DNA from: Alkanindiges illinoisensis DSM 15370
GTDB taxonomy: Bacteria; Pseudomonadota; Gammaproteobacteria; Pseudomonadales; Moraxellaceae
Length of the DNA stretch: 32,000 nucleotides
Assembly: GCF_000619845.1 (NCBI RefSeq)
Contig: NZ_JHUX01000003.1
Location: 310,064 to 342,063 of the forward strand
Direction: 5' to 3'
Shown one piece after another: positions 1 to 7,959 of the stretch. Under the pieces are notes generated by a model. That model did no database searches. It saw only the letters and a program-made list of their open reading frames with translations, and was not told where the DNA came from. The position numbers and the translations under genes are program-made. How positions within the stretch are numbered: the first letter of the stretch is position 1; each line of letters opens with the position of its first letter.

Positions 1-1544
1 ATTTATCTACACAGACTGACGCACAGAAAAAAGCTGGTGAAGTCACGGTTACGGCGCTGGATGATAGTGCTAAGTCAGCAGAGGGCTTCGGCTTAACAGC
101 TAGTGCCGCTGCTGAACGCGCTGCCAAGGCTTTGGGGGTTGATCTTGATGTTGCCTTGAATAATGTCACCCGTGGCATGAAAGAAGGTGTTACACAGGTT
201 CAAACCATAGCTGCTGGTTTTGATGACCTTAAGAAAAAAGGGACTGATGCATCAGCTTTGCTGGTTGCTGGCATTGATGAGTTAATCAAGAAAGCTAAGA
301 ATCAGGCGGATCTGGATGCGTTACGAAACCTCATCAACCAATTAGGCGCTGAAGGTAAACTTTCTGTTGATCAGGTTGCGGTGGCGCTCGGTGATGTGGG
401 CAAGGCGGCAAAAAAAGTACCTGAAGATATTGATACGGCGCGCGGTGCACTGGAGGCCTTGGGTGTTGATGTTGGTAAATTTTCCAGCAAAACCACTGAG
501 GAATTCAATAAGGCCAAAACCAGTGTTTTAAATGTCGCAGAGGGATTTTCTCAGCTAAAAGCCGATGGTATTGATGCTTCAGGTGCCTTGGCTGCATCAC
601 TGCAAGAACTGCTCAAAGATGCCAAAAACCAAGCTGAAATTGAGGAAGTCCGCAAGCTGTATATCCAGTTTGGCAATGATGGCAAGCTGTCAGCGCTACA
701 GGTGGCTGAAGGGCTGCGTCAGGCCAATGAGGAGCTAAACAAGGCTGATCCCAATGCGAGCGCATTAGAGCAGGCATTAAAACGGCTGGGGGTTGAAAGT
801 CGTAAAAACCTTGAAATTCGCGCTCAGCAGCTTGAGCAGGATTTACTGGCAGCCAAGATCAGTGGGCAACTTACGGATCAGCAGCTAAAGCAGGCTGAGG
901 AAACGGTTGCCAAAGCGCGTGCAGCAGCGGATGGTGTTGAGTATCACAATAACCGGGTGAGCCAGAGCTATAACCGGGTAAGTGATGCTGCCACAGGTGC
1001 AGGCAATGCAGGCGTACGTGCAGCACAGACCACTGCCGAGGCATGGGATAACACGGTCACGTCAATATCCAAAGCAGCAGCCAAGCTGGATGAAATTACC
1101 CGCAAACAAGGCAGCATGACCGGTTCAGACTTCCTGAACGGCAATGGCAACTTAAACAAGTCACTCAATGATGCGGGTTTGTTGTCTTATTCCGAGGAGC
1201 AGATCAAGCAGAAACTGATCAGCGAGAAGGGCTATGACGCAGATCGTGCTTCACGGGAAGCCAAACGCATATTCAGTGACCAGAGCTGGGCGCGGGGTGG
1301 CGTAAGTATTGCCAATGGTCAGTTGGGCATGAGCCAGTCTGGTGATCTCACCAATTACAATTACATCAACAGCCTGTTTGACCGGATGAACAGTGTGATT
1401 AGCTCCACCACGTCAAGTAACCAGCCTGAAAAAACAGTCAATGTAAACCTGCAACTTGATGGGAAAACTGTTCCTGCAAGGGTTCCAGCCAGTCAGGAAC
1501 AAAACTTTCTCGATATGCTGAAACAGGCCAAGAAAGTTAGTTAA
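1..1544 (+). CDS. Phage tail tape-measure protein, C-terminal part (5' end lies upstream of the window)
   Basis: Frame 3 is open from nt 3, with no stop before the listed TTG at 132, so the ORF enters from upstream. Stop is TAA 1542-1544. The sequence is Ala/Lys/Gln/Leu-rich and helical. It has an internal repeat of about 110 aa (AKALGVDLDV from ~nt 123, LEALGVDVGK from ~nt 450, LKRLGVESRK from ~nt 780). It directly precedes a long tail-gene string. Called from composition, repeats and position only. Confidence 0.65.
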   Translation, partial: LSTQTDAQKKAGEVTVTALDDSAKSAEGFGLTASAAAERAAKALGVDLDVALNNVTRGMKEGVTQVQTIAAGFDDLKKKGTDASALLVAGIDELIKKAKNQADLDALRNLINQLGAEGKLSVDQVAVALGDVGKAAKKVPEDIDTARGALEALGVDVGKFSSKTTEEFNKAKTSVLNVAEGFSQLKADGIDASGALAASLQELLKDAKNQAEIEEVRKLYIQFGNDGKLSALQVAEGLRQANEELNKADPNASALEQALKRLGVESRKNLEIRAQQLEQDLLAAKISGQLTDQQLKQAEETVAKARAAADGVEYHNNRVSQSYNRVSDAATGAGNAGVRAAQTTAEAWDNTVTSISKAAAKLDEITRKQGSMTGSDFLNGNGNLNKSLNDAGLLSYSEEQIKQKLISEKGYDADRASREAKRIFSDQSWARGGVSIANGQLGMSQSGDLTNYNYINSLFDRMNSVISSTTSSNQPEKTVNVNLQLDGKTVPARVPASQEQNFLDMLKQAKKVS

Positions 1545-1550
1545 TTAGCC

Positions 1551-1580
1551 TTGAACTGACTAAAAAGCGCCCTACATATT
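1551..1580 (+). promoter_or_regulatory. Candidate sigma-70 promoter for the small ORF at 1613
   Basis: TTGAAC at 1551-1556, an 18-nt spacer, then CATATT at 1575-1580, in the 60-nt gap after the tape-measure stop. The -10 match is weak. Confidence 0.3.
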
Positions 1581-1612
1581 TAATTCACAATTAACCTGAG
1601 CGAGTGCAGCAA

Positions 1613-1834
1613 ATGTTTGTCAAGAAAGGTGAATTTTATATAAATCTTGATCATGTAATTCTGATCCAAAGGCTAGTAGTAGAGGGCAACCAACCTGCGG
1701 CACGTATATGGCACTCCCAGCCCTTGATTCATGATGAGGCAGAAGGGCCAGTGCCGTATGCCGATGCCAAGTTTGAAACTGAAGCAGAGCTTGATGCTTT
1801 TATTGAAAAAGTATTAGCTGCATCTAAATCCTAA
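1613..1834 (+). CDS. Small hypothetical protein (moron-like insert in the tail module)
   Basis: Open frame 1604/1613-1834. ATG 1613 gives MFVKKGEFYINLDH.... It follows a non-coding gap and is followed by a clean intrinsic terminator. I recognise no family. Confidence 0.45.
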   Translation: MFVKKGEFYINLDHVILIQRLVVEGNQPAARIWHSQPLIHDEAEGPVPYADAKFETEAELDAFIEKVLAASKS

Positions 1835-1855
1835 TAGCCAGTCGCCAAAACACCT

Positions 1856-1883
1856 AACCCGCTCATGTAGCGGGTTTTCTTTT
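1856..1883 (+). terminator. Rho-independent terminator
   Basis: Stem aacccgc (1856-1862) pairs with gcgggtt (1870-1876) around a 7-nt loop, followed by ttctttt. Confidence 0.7.
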
Positions 1884-1896
1884 GCCCGAGAATTTT

Positions 1897-2304
1897 ATGA
1901 AGCTAAAAAACCTGAGCACACAGGCAGTTTTAACGCTGTCTGATGAGTTGCTATGGACAGATGAGTTCGACTGGTCACCGGTTAAGACCAATGCCAGCTA
2001 CAGCATGACGGGCGCACTGATTGTCGAGCAAGGCGTGATGCAGGCAGGCCGTCCAATCAGCCTGGAGCAGCCGGACGAAACGATGGGCAAGCTGAAACGC
2101 GCCACGGCTTTAACCCTTAAAGACTGGGCAGCAATCAAGGGCCAGCGCTTTGAACTCACCTTTGAGCGTGGCGGCAATCGCACGCATACCGTGATGTTTG
2201 ACACGGACAAACCCATGACCGCCAAGCCATCCAAGGGCTTTGTTGGACTGAATTCACCAGACGACTGGTACAACGTAAACCTATATTTTATTGAGGTTGT
2301 ATAA
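1897..2304 (+). CDS. Phage minor tail protein (first gene of the tail-tip block)
   Basis: The ORF track starts at TTG 1882, which lies inside the terminator T-run, so ATG 1897 (MKLKNLSTQ...) is more plausible. The stop abuts the next ATG (TAAATG). Function is inferred from its position after the tape measure. Confidence 0.5.
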   Translation: MKLKNLSTQAVLTLSDELLWTDEFDWSPVKTNASYSMTGALIVEQGVMQAGRPISLEQPDETMGKLKRATALTLKDWAAIKGQRFELTFERGGNRTHTVMFDTDKPMTAKPSKGFVGLNSPDDWYNVNLYFIEVV

Positions 2305-4278
2305 ATGACAATCCTTTCCGGTGACATCAAGATCAAGAAATCACAGGTTATGCTGCAAACCAGTGACGGTGGCGGTGCCATGACCAACAATGTGGTGATT
2401 GATGGCCAGTCCAATAATATGTTCCGCGACATTGACGAGATTGACCGTGTTTACGGCAAGGTAGATCTTGCCAAAGTGTTTGTGCATGTGGACACCAACA
2501 ACACAGATAGTGCCTTTCAGGTGCACGCCATTATTAGCAAGATGCCTGCTGATCCGCGTGTATCGGTCAACCTGTTTACCACCAAAGACTGGTTTGACCG
2601 CAGGCCATCCCTGCAAAACTACATTGAAAACTATCTGGCCAAGGGTGTGCGCTGGGAAGGACATTTGCTGGAAACCCAGATTGCCGGGCAGCGTGCTATC
2701 CAGATCAGTATTGATGAAACCAGCACCGCCATCCCGGCAATCGGACAGACGCTGGTGTTGGTAAATAACGAGGGCTTGCCCACCGAGGTCTATCAGTATG
2801 TGCGGGTAACTGAAGTTAGCGTCGTTAAGCGCAACTTTATGTGGGGCGCCACACCCCGGATGCGGCAAGTGGTCACGCTGGGTATCTCTGACCCACTGCG
2901 TTATGACTTTATTGGCCAGTCCGTTAACTCATTTTTAAGCAATGATACGCCAATTGGTATTTTGCGTGATACCCGCGTTGCTGACAGTGCCAAATACTAT
3001 GGGATTTCACCGCTTGCCAATCCGGTAAGCCTAAACAGCGCACAGATTCAGGTTGAAAGCATTTTTAGCCAGATTGTGCCTAGCGCACAGGCCGAAACGC
3101 CACTGATTGATCTTGATGCGGCTGGCCAATCCACCACTTTTGTTGAAGCCAACGCCAGTGCCATTAGCCAAAGCATCACTACTACCATCAGTGCGGCACA
3201 AAACCTGTTTTTAGGTTCCAGCGTGATGCCAAAAACGGTGTCATTTAGCCTGTTTGGTGTGGCGATTACCGATAGCGGTGGCGAGCTTAAAAACAGCAGT
3301 GGCGTCGCAGTTGGCACGATTGACTATGCATCAGGCCTGATTCGCTGGAACAGCAATGCAGGCACAGGCAATGCCACCTTTACCATCAATTACCAGCCTG
3401 CTGTTGCTGCATCTAAACCGCAAAGCACCTTTTTACGCACAGTGACTGCTGATAACCGGGGCTACAACTGGACAAATACACTGGTTCCCATTCCAGCACC
3501 CGGCACGCTCATTGTGTCCTATACCAGTCAGGGCAAGGTTTATAGCTTGCGTGACAATGGTGCAGGCCAGTTAAAAGGCGCTGACAGTAGCATGGGTAGC
3601 GGTACGCTGTCGTATGAGACTGGTACGGTGTTATTGACTACAGGCGCATTGCCCGATGTTGGCACAGCGATTTTATACACCTGGGGCAATAAGCTGTCTT
3701 TGTTTGCCCGCGCTGATATGCCAATTGGTAAGGCGTATGTAGACATCCCGCTCGACGGCAAGTTTATTAAAACCGGAACCTTGCTCGTGAGCTGGGTACA
3801 GGGTGGAGAGAATAAAACCGCAACCGATGATGGCAATGGCAACCTGATCGGCGATGCCACCGGGGTAGTAAGCTATACCGGACGTGGTGTGCGCCTGATT
3901 CCCAGTGTCCTGCCAGCACCCGGCACCATCTTTAATGTGACCGGGCAAACCGGCAATGCACTGACTGCCACGATTACCAACAGTCCGGTCACGAACGGCA
4001 CAACCAGCTTTACTATTCCAGGCAGTGGCAACCTGCAACCCAACAGTGTCAAGCTCAATGTGCCACTCATCAATGCCAGTGGTGATGCAAGTGGTAACGT
4101 GGTGCTGCGTGATAAGCCAACCAATGCCAGCATCGGCACCATGGTTGATGATCAGGGCGTCAATCGTGGCACAATCAACTACAGCACCCGTGAAGTCACC
4201 ATTACCCCTGTGGGGTCTTACAAGGTCACACAAAAGCAGTATTCATCAGCCATGTATATCGTAAAAGGGGCAGCGTAA
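2305..4278 (+). CDS. Phage tail-tip/baseplate structural protein (657 aa)
   Basis: Long ORF packed tightly against its neighbours (0- and 2-nt gaps). The C-terminal half is Thr/Gly/Ser/Asn-rich and beta-like, as in tail proteins. No specific family recognised. Confidence 0.55.
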   Translation: MTILSGDIKIKKSQVMLQTSDGGGAMTNNVVIDGQSNNMFRDIDEIDRVYGKVDLAKVFVHVDTNNTDSAFQVHAIISKMPADPRVSVNLFTTKDWFDRRPSLQNYIENYLAKGVRWEGHLLETQIAGQRAIQISIDETSTAIPAIGQTLVLVNNEGLPTEVYQYVRVTEVSVVKRNFMWGATPRMRQVVTLGISDPLRYDFIGQSVNSFLSNDTPIGILRDTRVADSAKYYGISPLANPVSLNSAQIQVESIFSQIVPSAQAETPLIDLDAAGQSTTFVEANASAISQSITTTISAAQNLFLGSSVMPKTVSFSLFGVAITDSGGELKNSSGVAVGTIDYASGLIRWNSNAGTGNATFTINYQPAVAASKPQSTFLRTVTADNRGYNWTNTLVPIPAPGTLIVSYTSQGKVYSLRDNGAGQLKGADSSMGSGTLSYETGTVLLTTGALPDVGTAILYTWGNKLSLFARADMPIGKAYVDIPLDGKFIKTGTLLVSWVQGGENKTATDDGNGNLIGDATGVVSYTGRGVRLIPSVLPAPGTIFNVTGQTGNALTATITNSPVTNGTTSFTIPGSGNLQPNSVKLNVPLINASGDASGNVVLRDKPTNASIGTMVDDQGVNRGTINYSTREVTITPVGSYKVTQKQYSSAMYIVKGAA

Positions 4279-4280
4279 TT

Positions 4281-5894
4281 ATGGGCTTTTACACCACACC
4301 TAGCAGCACCACAACTCAGGTTATTGAAACCGGGCTATACAATAACAGCCCGGTTGATATTGCTGTTGAGTACCGCAACGCTGCTGATGCCTACGATGCG
4401 CTCAGTTCAGGCTTTACTGCTGATACGCTAAAACTGGCGCTCAATGACGGCTTTGTGCAGCAAATAGCCGCAGGCTCGGTGCGCTTTAACCTGGGCAACA
4501 GCAGCTACACTGACCGTAATGGCACCCTGTATCGTGACATTGACCCAAAAACCGGATCAGGCACTGCCGCTGGCCAGATATTCTATGGCACTGGCAATGT
4601 GGAAATCACGGACTGGAATGCCGGGCAATCCAACAATCCGGTGCTGCAATCGCTGGTTACACAGTTTGGCGGCACGCCTGTGAGCGTGGTGGCGTTTCGT
4701 ACCGCATTAACGCCATTGCGTGTGCAGTCACTGACTATCACCGCCGCGCTGCAAGATGGCACCAGCATTAATGTGTCCGCCAATAGCGCTGGCGTGATTA
4801 GCCACCCCAAAGTGACAGGCACTGTGAACTGGGAGCAGGGTATTGTCGAGCTGTACTTTGCCACCAAGACCAAGATTACCAGTGCCAACCGGCCTAACAT
4901 TGAGGCCAAGGACTGGTACGACGCCAGCATGGAATATACTGAAGGCAGTGACACCTACATCAATGTGCCGAACTGGGTACTGCCAGAAACCATTAAATAC
5001 AGTGCAGTAGCCTATAGCTATTTGCCACTGTCTGCTGATCTTTTAGGGCTTGATCCAGTGCGCTTGCCATCCGACGGGCGTGTGCCGATTTTCCGTTTGG
5101 CTGACGTGATAGTGGTTCATCATACCGCCAGTGAAAACTGGAGCAATCCCGCAATCAATGGCAGTTTAAGCATGGGACGTGGCCGTCTGGCTTATATCAA
5201 GCTGTATGACAGCACAGGCAAGGTGGTTGATCCCAATATGTATGACGTTGACCTTGATCTTGGCGAGGTGACGCTGAACAGCAATTACAGTGCTGCTGGG
5301 CTTGCACTGCCCTTAATTGCCGAGCACCGCATTGAAGATGCAGCAATGGCGCTGGATGTACAGATTAACGGGACTATCCGGCTCAACAAGCCACTCACCC
5401 ATAACTTTCCAGCGGGTTCTATGGCCAGTAGTGCATTGATGATGGGCGATATTCAAGGTCGTGCCTTTAATGTGTTTTCTCAGGCCTCATGGACAAATGA
5501 ATGGTCAGACACACGCATCGGCAACCCCATCAATGCCCAGTACAACGATGCACTATATCCGATTATTACTATCAACCGCGGTGTGATTGAAGAACGCTGG
5601 GCGCTAATCTTTACCAGCACCACAGCTTACCGTGTTGTTGGTGAGTATAGCGGTCAGATTGGCACAGGTGACATTAACTATGATTACAGTCCTCAAAACC
5701 CAGTAACGCTGGCACCCTACTTTACGATTAAAAAAGAGGGTTGGGGTAGTGGCTGGCCAGTTGGTGCTGTGTTGCGCCTTGAAACCGCAGCAGCCAGTTA
5801 TCCAGTAGATGTGGCACGTACTATTTTGCAGGGCGAAGGGACGCTTGATGATGATAGTTTCCAGATCCAGATTCGATGCGGTGTAGACCGCTAA
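4281..5894 (+). CDS. Phage tail-tip/baseplate structural protein (537 aa)
   Basis: Long ORF starting 2 nt after the previous stop, inside the tail block. No specific family recognised. Confidence 0.55.
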   Translation: MGFYTTPSSTTTQVIETGLYNNSPVDIAVEYRNAADAYDALSSGFTADTLKLALNDGFVQQIAAGSVRFNLGNSSYTDRNGTLYRDIDPKTGSGTAAGQIFYGTGNVEITDWNAGQSNNPVLQSLVTQFGGTPVSVVAFRTALTPLRVQSLTITAALQDGTSINVSANSAGVISHPKVTGTVNWEQGIVELYFATKTKITSANRPNIEAKDWYDASMEYTEGSDTYINVPNWVLPETIKYSAVAYSYLPLSADLLGLDPVRLPSDGRVPIFRLADVIVVHHTASENWSNPAINGSLSMGRGRLAYIKLYDSTGKVVDPNMYDVDLDLGEVTLNSNYSAAGLALPLIAEHRIEDAAMALDVQINGTIRLNKPLTHNFPAGSMASSALMMGDIQGRAFNVFSQASWTNEWSDTRIGNPINAQYNDALYPIITINRGVIEERWALIFTSTTAYRVVGEYSGQIGTGDINYDYSPQNPVTLAPYFTIKKEGWGSGWPVGAVLRLETAAASYPVDVARTILQGEGTLDDDSFQIQIRCGVDR

Positions 5895-5909
5895 ACCAAT
5901 TAAACCAAT

Positions 5910-5934
5910 AGCCGCATTATGCGGCTTTTATTTT
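5910..5934 (+). terminator. Rho-independent terminator inside the tail operon
   Basis: Stem agccgca (5910-5916) pairs with tgcggct (5920-5926) around loop tta, followed by tttattttg. Confidence 0.7.
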
Positions 5935-5947
5935 GTCTGGGGGTTTT

Positions 5948-7246
5948 ATGGCAACAGATACCGATGTGCAGTTTTTCAGCCACTTAAATGGCTTAACGCT
6001 TAGCAATAACTGGGGCGATATGTGCAATTTGCTGGATGCTTGTCTTGTCGACGGTGTGCAACTCACTAGCGTAACTGCAGCCAGCATTGATGCGCAGGGC
6101 GACATTCATTTATCACTTTATGCAGCGCATAATTGTTTGTTGTTCCAGGTCATTGAGTTGTCCGGTTTTGCGGATGCTATTGTTGATGGCACAACCAGAA
6201 CAATTAATGGCAAATACCGAATTAAAGGCACACCGTCTACGACGCAACTGATCTTAAAAGGCAATGTTGTACGGAGCGTGACAGATCCTGCAACAATCAA
6301 TTTAAGTACTCTTGGTGCTGCAAAACTCGCATCACTGGGCTACGACAAGGTATTCACAGCGCAGTACAAGCGGGTCTACCGTGCTAAAAATCCTAGCGCC
6401 CAGCATCCATTTATCCGGATTGATGAAACATTAAGTGGTGAGGGTGGCGGTAACTATAGCTCAACTTACGCCAAGGCGGCGATGGTGGGCTTAATTGAAA
6501 ATATGACCCATATTGATGATTATGCAGATACAAGCAAGTTGCAATTGCCACTTGATACCACCGATTTTACTAAAAACTGGAAAATCACCGGTACTGGGAC
6601 TGATGTGACAAGGGGCTGGTGTAAATGGTATTACGCATCAAACTATTACAATGCCAAAGAAACTGATACGCCCGGTGCAGGCAATCGCGGCTTTACCCTC
6701 GTTGGCAATCAAGACGCCTTTTACCTACTAAATGCGACCAACCAATCGAATCAAAATATCAAGAAATTAAACAGTTGCGGCCTGCATAGGTCAGCACTGC
6801 AAAGTGATGTTGTCCCCAACTGGTTTTTAATGGCTACGGTTAATTATAACCCGGCAGGCGCATCTACTGTTAATTACAATGCTATGGCGTTCAGCCCACT
6901 CGGCTATAACGCCATAGCCGCAAAATTCATCACACTAAAATATGACCCGGCTGCAAGACTGTCGAATCACACTTATGCTAACCCTATCGTTCCAGATTAC
7001 AAAACTGGATATTCCGGGGCATTTGGCGCATCCAATATTCCTGCGCTGGAAGTGCCATTTTATGATGACAATGGCTGGCTAATGGGGACATTGCCGCATG
7101 TGCAATATGCCGGGAAATCGCTTAATGCCTATAGCACCACGACCCCAATTTTGGCCGACCAGAGCATGTATGTCCTGGACTCATTGTATGTAAATGCCAA
7201 TACCGATACTGGTGGCGTGTATTTTTATTTAGGAGAACTGGAATGA
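5948..7246 (+). CDS. Phage structural protein (432 aa)
   Basis: ATG 5948 sits 5 nt after a GGGGG Shine-Dalgarno at 5939-5943. The track's TTG 5933 lies in the terminator tail. The stop overlaps the next start (ATGA). Confidence 0.5.
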   Translation: MATDTDVQFFSHLNGLTLSNNWGDMCNLLDACLVDGVQLTSVTAASIDAQGDIHLSLYAAHNCLLFQVIELSGFADAIVDGTTRTINGKYRIKGTPSTTQLILKGNVVRSVTDPATINLSTLGAAKLASLGYDKVFTAQYKRVYRAKNPSAQHPFIRIDETLSGEGGGNYSSTYAKAAMVGLIENMTHIDDYADTSKLQLPLDTTDFTKNWKITGTGTDVTRGWCKWYYASNYYNAKETDTPGAGNRGFTLVGNQDAFYLLNATNQSNQNIKKLNSCGLHRSALQSDVVPNWFLMATVNYNPAGASTVNYNAMAFSPLGYNAIAAKFITLKYDPAARLSNHTYANPIVPDYKTGYSGAFGASNIPALEVPFYDDNGWLMGTLPHVQYAGKSLNAYSTTTPILADQSMYVLDSLYVNANTDTGGVYFYLGELE

Positions 7247-7554
7247 AGCCTTGTTTACGAAATGCACAGCATAGTTCCAATTTTCTAGTCGGCAATTACA
7301 ACACGAATTTTGGCTTCGACAATACAGTGCGCAGCATTGCTGGTAGCGTAGACAAGCAAGGTGTTGATTATAGCAATGCACAGGTATTGATTGCCCGTAA
7401 AAGTGATTTCCAGCCGATTGCGGTTCGCAAGCCAGATGCAGCAGGCCATTACAGCATAGATGGATTAAATGCCGACGTACTGTGCTTTGTGATTGCATTT
7501 GACCAGAACGAACAAGACAACGCAGTCATTCAAGATAATGTGGTGCCAAAATGA
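7243..7554 (+). CDS. Phage hypothetical protein (103 aa)
   Basis: ATGA overlaps at both ends suggest translational coupling within the tail block. Confidence 0.45.
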   Translation: MKPCLRNAQHSSNFLVGNYNTNFGFDNTVRSIAGSVDKQGVDYSNAQVLIARKSDFQPIAVRKPDAAGHYSIDGLNADVLCFVIAFDQNEQDNAVIQDNVVPK

Positions 7555-7955
7555 TGACATTTAGTGATACGGTAATTGCAGACCGTTTAAAAGCCCTGAC
7601 CCGTGCGCTGGATGCCAAGGCCACTGGTGGCAAGCTGCTGCTTTATGGCGGCACCCAGCCAGCAGCAGGAGCTAGCACCAGCCAGACTATGCTGTGTGAA
7701 CTGGTTTTTCCCAAGCCCAGTGCAGGCACTGTGGCCAACAAGATACTAAGCATTAATAACCCAGCCGCTGCCATGGCACTGGCTGATGGTACGGTCACAT
7801 GGGCGCGGCTGGTTGACGGGGATAATGTCTGGATTGCTGATTGTGATGCAGGGGGGCAAGGCTCTACTGCGGTAGTGCGCATTCAGAATGCTGATGGTGA
7901 AGTCTATGCTGGTGGCTCAGTCACTGTAACCCTGGCACAACTCAAAGAGGTTTAA
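7551..7955 (+). CDS. Phage hypothetical protein (134 aa)
   Basis: ATGA overlap with the upstream gene. An AGAGG Shine-Dalgarno for the next gene lies at its 3' end. Confidence 0.45.
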   Translation: MMTFSDTVIADRLKALTRALDAKATGGKLLLYGGTQPAAGASTSQTMLCELVFPKPSAGTVANKILSINNPAAAMALADGTVTWARLVDGDNVWIADCDAGGQGSTAVVRIQNADGEVYAGGSVTVTLAQLKEV

Positions 7956-7959
7956 CAAT

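Noticed and set aside
968-4233. Many antisense or alternate-frame ORFs inside phage genes, such as 968-1168(-), 1998-2432(-), 2341-2868(-), 2468-2764(+), 3048-3317(-), 3540-3860(-), 3673-4233(-), 3873-4142(-) and 4025-4264(+). Similar ones occur further along: 4583-4954, 6118-6300, 7229-7498, 7643-7882, 7968-8264, 8432-8671, 9021-9329, 9756-9998, 10655-10867, 10970-11221, 11200-11394.
   Set aside because: All lie fully within longer, better-supported ORFs that are tightly coupled to their neighbours. Their translations are low-complexity, Ser/Cys/Pro/Arg-rich shadow products. They look like frame shadows of relatively GC-rich coding DNA.
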